Shown here piece after piece: positions 52,613 to 63,903 of a stretch of DNA of 64,000 bases. The first letter of the stretch is position 1, and each line of letters begins with the position of its first letter. The position numbers and the translations under genes are program-made. The stretch spans positions 29,800 to 93,799 of the forward strand of contig JAAPAO010000069.1 in assembly GCA_013115145.1 (NCBI GenBank). The letters run 5' to 3'. The notes under the pieces were generated by a model. It had not been told where the DNA came from, made no database searches, and saw only the letters and a list, made by a program, of their open reading frames with translations. The DNA comes from Perkinsus chesapeaki ATCC PRA-425 (Eukaryota > Protista > Perkinsozoa).

Positions 52613-55600
52613 ATGACAATGCCTTCTCGCGTGACATCCCTCACGCGGCATCCAACGTATGATCAAGAAGCACTGTCTAAGGTTCTGTGCGATAAGGTTG
52701 GGCTCTCCCGAGCCAGCGCAGCATTCGGTTAGCTTTGTGTTTGTGGCAGATTGACTACTTGCTGGACCACCGGCTCGGCAACATTCGAGAAGAACTCCGG
52801 GTCGCTGTTGACGCATGCAGAACATTGCACAATGAACGAACTATTAAACGTCACAAAACCACAGACGATCTCGATGATGCGCGAGAAGCGCTGGAAGAGT
52901 CATCGGCGCAGCCCAATGCCATCAAAGACCGACGAAAGCCGCGGAGCGCATCCATGTCGACGATCGCTACGTCTAACAGCCTTCAAAAAGAAAATACCGA
53001 ATGGCTGAAATTGGACATGGGCGAGGCAAAGGCAAACTCTTATCTGGATCGGGTCCTTGGCGCCACTGTTGCTCCTGTTCCGGAAGAGCTGTCACGGAGT
53101 AATATGTTACAGGCCCGGTCAGCCATTATAACCTGGCTCCGCTCAGATACCGGTACGCAGACGCTGATTGAAGAGTTCGAAGTGGATGGCAAATCATCTT
53201 TAAGTGAGCAGCATTGGCCGTTGCTTGGAGAATAACGGTTGAAGAATTACACTTTCTTTGCTCTCCGAGCCTCGGAGTCCGAGGGCTTAACATCCTCGAA
53301 AAGAATATATAGCTATCTTACTACCATCTACAGGTCCATTGTGGCGTGGAGTCAGCACCGAGCTCACAGTCGGCAAGAGGACCCGGTCGGCATCAGACGA
53401 GCTGCATTCCAGACCGTCTGCCTATTCTCGACTGTTCAAATCGAAAGACAGACGACCTTTCGAACCCACCAGGCTGCGCAGTGCACCCAGTCGTAGTCCC
53501 TCAAGTCTCGATCGGGCCTATGAAAAAGTATTGCGCAGTATGCGAGGCGGAGCGCTTCTGCCAGCTGTAGTGAGACAAAGTAGCCCACAGATGTCCGTAG
53601 AGGACATTACTGAGAACATGGACTTTGTATCGTTGGGGCTTATGAATGTATTGAAACGCGACGACGGTGATCATGATGGTGATAATCAAGAGAAGTATCC
53701 AATAGAGGCTGTGCTTGAAGCCGGTCAGATGGGACAATGTGGCGAAGATCAATTTCATTCGATATTTGGTCTGCAGCGCGAAGTTGTGGAACACCTCAAT
53801 CAGCAGTAGGTCGTCCAATCGGTGCAGTGCGTGTACCGTGTGCCTTTCCATTTGCGTGAAGATCCCTGCTAATGTGCTCTTTTATTTTTGTTTGTCATCG
53901 TCTATTACACAATCACTCCAATTCACTCGTATATGCTTTGACGCAGTACTTCAGTAAATAGTTAGCTCAGTTTCACTCTCGTGTATCTATGCCATTATCA
54001 GTTCCTCGTAGTAAAAGACACATATTGACCACAGGCTTGAGAATTTGAGTTGGACCTTTTCAGAATGCTTCAGAGCTTTCAGCCCGATGCTAGCAGCAGG
54101 AAGTTCAGTTGGCTCACTTTAGCGCTCAAGATCTTTGGACTCGTTATGTGGAGCAGAAGAAATTTGAAAAGGCGGTGCATTTCGGTATGTCATCTAACTT
54201 ACCGTTTCTTTCTAGTCTATTCCTCATGCCCTAAGATTATTCTTCGGAAGATACGTACAAGTGTTATCCCTAGGCTTGTCTATGACCCTTGGTGCCTCGC
54301 CAGCATTTATGACTTCGCCTCCGGAACTCAAATTTTGTATTTACTGTTTCGTGGGAACCTACTAGTTGGATTGCTCGTATGCTCGAGTTATCGGATAAGG
54401 CATTGCTGTGAGAATTTCATATTTCTTTCTCCCTTCGCGTGCTGCTGTTTCGGCACTTTAGAGAAGTGCGGTTCTGTTTATAAAGCTGTAATTTAATACA
54501 TTACGCATCATAGTGTTCCTAGTCCATTTCCATAATCAATACAGGTGCCGTTTTTGGATCATTTCAGGTCCTCTACATGATCCCTTTTACTACGGCTCCA
54601 CTAGTGGTGACCGTCTTGGAGCTAATTCGCATTCCGAAGAGTAATCCTTTGACGGCAATTGTGATCGGTGTAAGTTATACTTCGCTGAAAATGGGCATCT
54701 TTCCTTAGCTACATGGTATGGTAGCGCTATATTGTCGATTGTATTTAATCTGGTGGCTCGGACACAAATGCAGCGCGTAGGCCAAGTACAGGCGTCAGTT
54801 GTGTGGCTAGTGTGTCGTTATATCAGGAGCCACGCGATGAAGAAGTATGCCCGTCATCACATGTTTGAGGAACGTTGGTGGAATCTATCGATCAAGTATG
54901 CGTGCCTCACTGCCGCTGCCAGCATAGCTTACAATGCATGTAGCCATTCCCACTCTTTCCCACTTGCAATCCATCTTAGTGCTGGTATCGTCCATGCCCA
55001 CAGTTGGTGTCATTCTTGCTGAGATTCTCGAGCAGATGGACATCGCCCTGGTAAATGCAATGCCTAATATCAGCGCTTATACCCTGACCACTCTTGTAGA
55101 TGGTTTGGTTTTCGGCTTTGACGATATCATTCTGTTCGCTGGCCGCAGATGATTTTGCTCGGCGCGCTGTGTGTACTACTCTACTTGACGGCATTATTGT
55201 CCGTTATACTATACTGTGCGCTGTGGTTCGGAAGGTAGGCCATAGGCGGGCATTGCGGGGCAAGGCTTCGTGAGGAGCAACACTAAATTGGTTATTGAAA
55301 TGGTGTACATTGTATAGTCTTACACACTAACATCACGCAGCCCTAACACAAGTCCATACACAGTGCATGGGATACATAGCAATCTCCTTCATCTAGAAGT
55401 GTGAACACGGTGCAAACCCCAGACGCTGGGACTGAAACGTGGACGATGTTATGGGCTTGTGACCGAGAGACCGACCACGAGAACCGCTAGTCTAACCAAG
55501 CCAATTTCGGCGTTGGACTATAAACCCACACACACACGAGAGCCCCGCCCAAAGACTCACCTTCGTCGTGTTCGTACCATGCACCAGCGCATGTTACAGA

Positions 55601-56156
55601 ACAGCTATATCATAGCTCTTTCCCGCTTCAGTCAAGCAGTTGTTATTTTGTCATGCATTCAGGTATCTACCTCAATCGAACAAGCCATTGTATTTCTTAC
55701 TAATTTCGGCGCGGTTACGATGGTACTGGTGCTGTTAGTGGTCTTGAGTGGCGTATCAGTGACGGATAAGGGTAAGTCGATGGTGTTAAATCCGACATCA
55801 CAACATCCCTATTTGTCAGTTGCGCAGTTCATAGCGAGTTGTTCGCTACTCGGAATGGCTGTGGCGTTGCTTCACATGATTGCCACTGTGAATCTCAAAT
55901 TTAAGCGACTACCGATGATTGTGAATACTATGAATTTTGGCTGTGAAATCGACCATGACAAATGGTGCGTTGTCAGTTTTATGCAGCTCAACGAAGGAGG
56001 CTTCTACCTGTAACTTCACCATTTCCGCTGGTGCTGTCCAATGGCCCCTTCAGATACGGTATGAGGCTGATGCGAGAGGCTGCGATGAAGGCCCTATGGC
56101 TCATTGTGGTGTCGGGCTCCTTTATGATCATGCGAATGCTCGGCTTTGCCCCATAG
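52613..56156 (+). CDS. 7-TM protein, gustatory-receptor-like / DUF3537-like (7TMIC candidate), paralog 2
   Basis: Homologous exons with matching intron positions: LKIFGLVMWS..RCIS|VLYMIPFT..; LLVSS..ILAEILEQMDIAL|MVWFSALTISFCSLAA..LDGIIVRYTILCAVVRK|VSTSIEQAIVFLTNFGA..|VAQFIASCSLLGMAVALLHMIATVNLKFK..KWCVVSFMQLNEGGFYL|YGMRLMREAAMKALWLIVVSGSFMIMRMLGFAP*. N-terminal exons 53235-54050 are not fully resolved. Confidence 0.65.
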
Positions 56157-56736
56157 CGGCACCTCACGCAGGCCAAAGGGAACCGTGTGTTACTGTCCTT
56201 TCTTTAGTTGTGTATCCATACGAAAATAGTCATATACTTTTATTTCTCCGCCGATTTATTGTGCGTAAATGCCAAAGTGGAAGATTTCTCATGATTATAA
56301 TTTATCTAACTCTTGAACCAACTGACCCTTACAACAGGAGCATGCTCATAACTGTCATTGAGATCATATGTGTCGTGTTAACCTAGTCGTACAGCATGTA
56401 AGGAGGGTCCCATCTATCCGAAAGTGGCGAAGTTCAAAAATGTTCCTAATGCGGGGGTGTGATGGAAGTTCCCATAGGCAAAAAGCAGCCTCAAACATTT
56501 CCAATTCGGATCCAATTTCCGTTAGCTTAAGGGGGACCGTCCCCTTAGCGGCAAGTGACGGTACTTTTGCGGCGCGCCTTAGGATTTTCCTTTCCGTTAA
56601 TCTCGTTGTCACACTTTCATTTAGAGGCGCAAGTTCTATCCTCGGAGCCGGCACTTTTCTCGTAATTTTATTTTTTCCACGGATCGATAACATCAAATCC
56701 CCAGTAGCTCTTACAGTGGGTCAACGTTCATCACAA

Positions 56737-58441
56737 ATGGCTCGCTTATCCTCCACTGTAGTAGTTGAGGAAGATGTCGAGTTGAAGAAAAAGAAGAAGA
56801 AACATTCTAAAAGTAAATCCTCCCCTTGGCCTCGGTTTCATTTTCATTATAGAGCGCAAGGCCGAGGAGATAGCCGAGGAGGAGCAGGAAGCTCCCATCG
56901 CCGAAGGTCAGTACCAGGCTTCTTCCAAGGTCAGCGGTGAGTTACGTTGTGGACTTTAGGTGAAGAAGTCGTTACCGAGGAGCCCGCTAAAAAGAGAAAG
57001 AAGCATTCCAAAAGTATGCCATTGTATGACCGAGTTAGATAAGTAATTCCGTTGCTTTCCTCAGAGAACAAAACAGCTGAACCTGCTGAGGAGGCTGTAG
57101 AAGGTAGGAGGGATATACGGGATGAAATAATGGAAGGGCCGTGTTCCTGTTAGAGCCCGAAGAAGCCGAGCCTTTAAAGAAAAAGAAGAAGCACTCTAAA
57201 AGTAGTAACCGCGTTCGTCAAGTTGGGTTGCTTCCACGGGTTGCGTCTAGAGCACCAACATCATGAGGAGGAAGAAGAAGTGGCTGCTGAGGAGCCTGCC
57301 GAGCCAGAAAAAAAGAAGAAACATTCTAAAAGTACTGCGTATCTATTACAAGTTTAGGACACCTTGTTCCTCTAGAGCATAAAAAGATTGTAGAGGAGGT
57401 TGAGGAGGCCGAGCATGAGGTGGAGGAGGAGGCGGAAGTTCAAAAGAAGAAAAAGAAGAAGCATTCAAAGAGTACTGCGGGGTTCTCTGGCATTTGGCCG
57501 GACGTCGTCTCTGTGTAGAAGAGGTCGAGGAAGTCGAGGCAGAAATAGAGGAGCCTCCCAAGAAGAAAAAGAAGCATTCTAAAAGTAGAGGATGTCGAGC
57601 CAGGCAGGATGTAGTACCGGTACTGTTTTAGAGAAGCACGAGGTTGAAGAGGAGCCTGTTGAGGAAGTTGTGGAGGAAGCTCCAAAGAAGGAGAAAAAAA
57701 AGAAGCATTCCAAAAGTAACCACACGGACTCTACCACTCGGATGAGTGTTATATGGATTTAAATTTAAAGTTGGTTGCATTTCAGAGGAGAAGACCGTAG
57801 TAGAGGAGCCTGCGGAGCCCGAGACGGAGGAAGTAGTCGCCGAAGGTACCACTATAATGGGACCATTTGGTCTGTATTTGGCTACTCTCAGAAGAGGTCG
57901 CTGAGACTAGTGAGGAGCAGCCTGCTGAAACACCTGCGAGCTCAGAGGAATGGGGGTGGAGCGAGGAGGCCTCGTCTGAGTGGTGGCAGGGCAGTGAGTC
58001 GGCTGACACTTCTAAGAGTGGCAAGAAACACGGGGACCACTGGAGGCGAATCGACGAGTCTAAGTGGGAGCTGTATAGGGTCGATGGATCGTGGATGCTC
58101 TCTGTTAGATACGTATCGAAGCTTGATACCTCCAGAAAGGATAATACGCATGAGGCCAAGAAGAGGTAGGATTCTATACAGTGCGATGATGGTATCTTGA
58201 GACAGATACGGTCATGGGGCTGGAGATACGTGGGGGGATAAGGCAGCGGCTGATCTGATCAAGGTCAGAGGCAAAGGTAGTGTCTCGGCGGCCGGCGCTG
58301 GGCGGTGGAGAATCCTGAGTGCTGTTAGACTTCCGTAAGGAAATGGCGAAGAAGAAGCGCGCCTCATGGCGTGGCGGTGGAGCTTTAGAGATGGGTGTCA
58401 ACTCTATACCCTTCCCGGACTCGGATTCTGATTCGGACTAG
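56737..58441 (+). CDS. SRP40: Nopp140/SRP40-like nucleolar protein
   Basis: Alternating Glu-rich and KKKKHSK modules, then an SRP40 C-terminal domain: HWRRIDESKW..TWGDKAAADLIKVRGK|DFRKEMAKKKRASWRGGGALEMGVNSIPFPDSDSDSD*. Confidence 0.87.
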
Positions 58442-58679
58442 TCCAACGGTCCAAGGCCGTCACGTACACTCTGAAGGATATCATTTACGCTGCTCTCGAG
58501 AACTGTATACCTTAGCAGCAGCAGCCATCTGAGCTATTAGTAGCCTCCGAAAGCAGCGTAGTCTACTTGAAGCCATTCTCGTTTCTACTTTCTGGCACCT
58601 ATTGATTCCTTCAACGTTCCCACTGTGTTTTGAGTTCACAGTAGGCGGGTAAAGGCTTTGGGCAGCGCGTTACTAGGCC

Positions 58680-60728
58680 ATGTTTGGTGCATCTACGGGC
58701 TCTACCAGCTTGTTCGGCGGTGGCGGCGCTCAGAGCTCTGGGGGAAGTCTTTTCGGTTCGACGCCTCAGTCGTCCGGTGGAGGCCTTTTCGGCAGCACCC
58801 CGTCTCAGCAGAGCACAGGAGGTCTCTTCGGGGCGACGCCGTCGACGGGCGGCTCCCTGTTCGGCGGTGGAGGAGCAAGTAGCAGTGGAGGAAGCCTCTT
58901 CGGGGGTGGTGGGGCCAACACCGGTGGTGGTCTTTTCGGCTCGACCCAGGCAAGTGGCAGTGGGGGCCTTTTCGGATCCACCCAGACCAGCGGCAGTGGG
59001 GGCCTTTTCGGATCCACTCCGAGTAGTGGCGGCGGCGGCCTTTTTGGCTCGACCCAGAGTAGCGGAGGAGGCGGTGGTTTATTCGGATCGACCCAAAGCA
59101 GCGGTAGTAGCCTGTTTGGCGGTGGTGGTCAACCTTCTGGTGGTGGCCTCTTCGGCGGTGTAGCCGGTAGCGGATCTGGTAGTAGGGAGTTGGGCCATTG
59201 TATTACAGCTGATAAGGAGCTGCACTGTTAGGCCTGGCTGCAGCAGGAGGCCTCCAGTCATCTCAAGAGGCGCAGGCTGCTATAGCTGAATTTGGCAGCC
59301 GAATGAATCAAATAACGGCGGCTACACAGCCTCGAATGATCGCCTTTACGTAGCTTCCCACCTACAACTGGCATGTATAATGTCGAAGTCGGTAGGTATG
59401 TTATGACCGACAATAAGAATCAAGCAATGCAAGTTTTCGCCCAGCCCTATCAGTCCTCAGTTCACGGACCCGACCAAATGAAGTGGCAAATGGCCAAGGT
59501 GGTGCTGGGGTTATTTTCCTATCGATTTGCTGGTGTGGCAGGACCTTTGCCCGGCCATGTTGGACCGCCCCGACTCAGCAGCTCAGGGAGTATGGGCCTA
59601 TCCGGTGCCCATGACTTCCGTTGATCAAATGGTGTCTAGAGTTTCTGAGCAACAGAAGCTCGTGGCCCAGGCTGAAGGGATGATGGATAACGTTAAAGTA
59701 GTAAAGCGTGATAGGGATGCAGCAATCATAAACGGATGTAGCCATCAATGATGGCCCATCATCCTCACGCAGTCGCCTCAGTCTAAGATGTACAGTGCAC
59801 GATGTAACAAAAAAGTCATAGGAGGAAAGCCATTTTTAACACCATCTGAAACTCTGATCCACCAAATTTTAGGCCCCAGACCACACTCAGTAACGCCGCT
59901 GCGTTTACTTGTAGGTCCGAGAAAAAACTTACGGATTATGTGTGATAGTGATTGATCAAGCTCGAGCTTTGACCTACTCAATAGGGGCTCTATTCAGTTC
60001 AGAGTTATGGATAGGTTCAATATTCCAATCTTGAAGGATATGTATCGGTTACAACACTGAAGGAGCTGGAGAAGGCCAGGCTCAGGCATCACCAACTTGG
60101 TACTGTTAACTGGTTTAACCCATCTCTCTTATGGCCCCTCAGTTAGTAAACTTACCAAAGTAACGGCGTTGATCGACAAGCTGGCTCAGTCCCGGCAGCC
60201 CCAGCAGTTGGTAGGAGGAGCCTATGCTCAGGTAGATGCTGACGCACTCCGTTTTTGTTGCCCACGCTCCTGATTCAGGCTGAAGCCTCCTACTCTGAGC
60301 TTGAGCGCCGAGCTGCAGTGGTACAGGGTCGCTTTGCCGAGGCTCGGTACAAGGTAAGATACCTTAGCTTTGCTTCTGGAAAGCATTGAGCGGATCAGGC
60401 AAGCATGGCAGAGCAGAGGTCAGGGACGAGCGGTGGCCCCGTGACGGAGTTGTCTAGTGCCGATCAACAGAAGTTATTGAAGATCGTGAAGGACCAGGTG
60501 ACGGTGCAGCCCGGAAGAGTCAACACAGACGCTCCTCTCAGACCATCTGCATCCAACAGCTTCAAGCGGAAATGAGGAAGACTGCCTCTGACGTAGACAA
60601 TGTGCACTCTAAAGCTATGAAGTCCCACCAACAGCAGTATCGGGCCCACGGGGATCCCCTCAGGGCACTGGGCCATATGTGATGATTTCTGCATAGCCAT
60701 TTGGTTGTGTTATCTTAGTGGGGTGTGA
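58680..60728 (+). CDS. NUP54: FG nucleoporin NUP54/Nup57-like; 3' end approximate
   Basis: About 14 GLFG/SLFG repeats, followed by a Nup54-type segment ([37 protein letters not shown]) and C-terminal coiled-coil exons. Confidence 0.75.
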
Positions 60729-60754
60729 TGCACTTGTTGATCAAAGGCGTTAAA

Positions 60755-61953
60755 ATGCCGCATACTGGCAAGAAAAGAAAGCGAGACTCGACCAAACCTG
60801 AAATTATTGCCGGGCCTGGAGGCAATGCTTATTCGTCGCCAGAAGAGGCCGAGAAGTACGGGAGTGTGAGTAATCAAAAGATTCAGGCAGAGCTCACAGC
60901 AACAGCGGTAGAGTTAATGAAGGCTAAAGGGCCAGTGGATGGTCCAGGTAAGGCTCGAGGCTCCCTCGCTTGGCTACCTGACGAATGATACTAGGCCTTT
61001 GGCTGGAGCTTGGATCTGGATCGGGGTTCTCTACAGCGGCAGTGACGAAACAGAATAGGTTTATTTTGGCCACGGACATTTCCGTGGCGATGATGGACCT
61101 GATTGATGATAATGGTGGGATGGTAGACAAAGTCCTGATGGACATGGGGAAGCGGTAAGATCACTGACTAAATAACGTAATTGATAGGGATCGCTTTCAA
61201 GGTGGCCATTAAGACCAGGCGTGGCGGATGCAGTACTTAGCATCAGTGCAGCTCAGTGGCTCATTGACGAGCATGGTGGTAACCCCAACGTTACCCGGCA
61301 AAGCTTCAAAGAACTTGACGCGAGGATTGAAGAGGTTGGAGGCACGGATGTTAAGGTGATAGCTTACCGTATTCGGAAGCACTTCGCTTATCTCAGTTTT
61401 GCCTGCAACTGTATCCCGTACCTGGAGCTCCACGACAGCTATGCGCCGCTGCTGGTGATAACTCCCTCGTGATGGCCTTTCCTCATGGCAACAACCAGCG
61501 CAAATTCTTCATCACTAACGGACCTTCTTCCAATAAGTGGTGCATCCTAGCTTGGCCCTTCGCTACTTGCGAGTGTTGCCTCAATCGTGGGCAAGGCTAT
61601 GCCGATGATGGCCAGAGCTTCAAGCGTCACCTTGGATACGTTCATTCTACTTTACGGGCGTACAGGAGGCTTGGTGCCGAAGGTCTTACTGGCCCTTCGG
61701 CATTGGTCGGGAAGCTACTATATCAGAGGTAGGGGTTGAGACACTTCCAGTGCTGAGCTTCATTCTCCTGCGGTATAGATACGTAGAACTCGTTGGGCCG
61801 AAATCGGCCGCTGGAGGCATATCGAAAGACTGGTTGGCTGATAAGCTGAATGATGAATTCCTTCCTATCATGCACACCTGCCCCGATGCCTCTTTGTATG
61901 CGGAGAGTCCTCCAGCTATAGAGGGCGGCAATACATCGAAACGTTTCAAATAG
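60755..61953 (+). CDS. BUD23: BUD23/WBSCR22-like 18S rRNA m7G methyltransferase, divergent
   Basis: YSSPEEAEKYGSVSNQKIQAELTATAVELM, SAM motif I LWLELGSGSGFS, TDISVAMM..LMDMG, DAVLSISAAQWL, FCLQLYP and LVMAFPHGNNQRKFFI. Confidence 0.8.
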
Positions 61954-62798
61954 TTGAGCGGTGATACTCCATGTTGAACAGTTTACGGGACTGGGCCATA
62001 GCTGAAGCAGTACTATAATCATAAGGACATATACCCCATAGAGAACCATAAAGATATGGTGAACCTTTTCGAATTGATGCCTGAAAGAATTGCGATACAA
62101 CCTCATCTTCATTCATACGAAGGAGATGACCCAACCATAAGCAACGTTTCTTCCATAATAATTTCATTATATCTGGCAAGTCTGAAGAATGTAATATGCA
62201 GTGAGGATCAGTTTTGGCAATTCGAGCTGAACAACGGCTATGAAACCCTCGAAGAGATTGATAGACAGACTTAGCAATAAACCAACACTAACCACCATAT
62301 ACAGTAGTTAAACCGTAGTTATCCGAACTAGATATAAGATCAACCTTACCGCCTCGCTCAGAGTAGCATCCCCCAGATATGAGACAGTTCATTAAATTTC
62401 TGTTAAGCTATAGCTAAACGGTGTTTCACATCAGGTAAGTGGCTACTATCAGCTGAAATTACTGACCCCAAATAGACAAAATCATGAGTTCTATTTAAGG
62501 AAGCTCCATTTAATAAGACATCTTCAGGGTTACTTTTAGCTATACTCAATCTTTTCGAGCGAGTAACTATACGATCAACTAAGGTTCCTCTACGAGATCT
62601 TTCTAAATGGTCTCCAGCACACCAACGTGCGATGTGAATCTTCAAGCCACGTTTAGTTGGAAATGATCTACCACAAGTCGGACAATCAGTTAATGATGAT
62701 ATACGGTTGACAATGTCCTCCTAAGTAGTAGATGAAACTTTATCAGCTCTCTTAACTACTTGGACCATAGTTTTAGATAGAGAAATCTCCATAGTAGC
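61950..62798 (-). mobile_element. Decayed, 5'-truncated RTE-like non-LTR retrotransposon fragment (RT C-terminal part)
   Basis: MEISLSKTMV..., DFVYLGSVISADSSHLPDVKHRLAIA*QKFNELSHIW, VYGG*CW and KKRCLWLGHLLRM are RTE-clade post-RT motifs. They carry in-frame stops and at least one frameshift. Confidence 0.85.
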
Positions 62799-62800
62799 AG

Positions 62801-63235
62801 GAATACTTAATGAGTTCGCCGCCCATCAGTGTCGTGCTGGACCTTGGCTCGTTATTTATCATCGGGCCGGTGAATGCTGTTGGAGAAATCATGAACGCGA
62901 TGGGAGATATATTAGGCTTACGAGTTGGCCTTGACATCAAGGTGTTTCGCCCAAGCAAAGAGTCGATTTCTTATTATGCTACGTGCTCGATATTGCACTT
63001 AGATAAGCACAAAGGTACGTGGATAGGATTCGAGCTTGGTGTGCCATATAAGTATACCGCCAGGGTTTTGCTAACAGATCTGGTGGTAGAGAAAAAAGGA
63101 CTCTGCATCTTCGAGATCCGCGGTAGCCCGAGGTTGTTAGAATTTGACTGGATTTTTGGTGAGCCTTTTTTTAAAGCTCATGAAACTAGACTCTATTATG
63201 ATACCTTAATGATTGGATTGACCGAGCGTCAGTGA
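62801..63235 (+). pseudogene. C-terminal lobe of a pepsin-like (A1) aspartic protease with no N-terminal half upstream
   Basis: ISVVLDLGSLFIIGP (cf. IVDTGTSLIxGP), YYATC, LCIFEI, WIFGEPFFK and RLYYD..IGL. The upstream sequence is the retroelement. Confidence 0.7.
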
Positions 63236-63667
63236 GCCCATGACAATGTGTTTCGATAATATCTTTTTCTTTTTTTACAACAAAGCATTTCGACATTTCT
63301 TGTTATGAGCTCAACTTACTAAGTCGCCTAGGCGCTTTCTGAGTATGACTGTCGTCGTCTGAATGCGCCCTGAGGCCACTGTTATTCGGGTTCTCCTTTT
63401 CTTTCTTACTGGGGGAATAATCTTTTGTTGCGACCCGACAAGGCTCGTTATAATGTGTCTTTGCACATTCCACAGGCCGGGCCATGTCTGGCATCAGGCG
63501 CAATCAAATCAATTATCGAATGAATCATTCTCAATGATCATCTAGTCGGCGAAATACGTAACGAGCTCCATGGGATTGCAGCGAACTTGGCAGTCTGCAG
63601 AATCGGGACGGGTAGCGGAGGCAGAGCTACATACTATATCTCTGTGGGTTCAGGCTGCAATCGGTGC

Positions 63668-63841
63668 AGTCCAATTCGTCCACTGCCAACTGGTCCAGTG
63701 ATCAGCTGGTCCACGGACCAACTCATCCAGGGACCATCTCGTACACTGGACGAGATGAGGTGCCAACTCATCCACCGCCAGCCAGTACCGACTCGGACAC
63801 CAATTTTTACCAATTCGTCCAGTGCCAACTCGTCCACTTTT
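63668..63841. repeat. Degenerate 15-16 bp tandem repeat (consensus about CGTCCASTGCCAACT)
   Basis: Units CGTCCACTGCCAACT, GGTCCAGTGATCAGCT, GGTCCACGGACCAACT, CATCCAGGGACCATCT, CGTCCAGTGCCAACT and CGTCCACT. Confidence 0.75.
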
Positions 63842-63846
63842 ACACC

Positions 63847-63903
63847 CGCTCATATTAGCACTATTTTCGCGAGCGGCTCGCGAAAATAGTGCTAATATGA
63901 GCG
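63847..63903. repeat. Perfect palindrome, 28 bp arms with 1 nt spacer, running into a (GC)5 tract
   Basis: CGCTCATATTAGCACTATTTTCGCGAGC-G-GCTCGCGAAAATAGTGCTAATATGAGCG. Confidence 0.95.

Noticed and set aside
52735-53809. Helical ORFs initially read as an LTR-retrotransposon gag
   Set aside because: No LTRs, zinc knuckle or pol. Exon phase and sequence match the N-terminus of the 7-TM paralog 1.
63668-63841. Repeat array as a CRISPR
   Set aside because: Units are 15-16 bp, degenerate and lack unique spacers; the context is eukaryotic with no cas genes.
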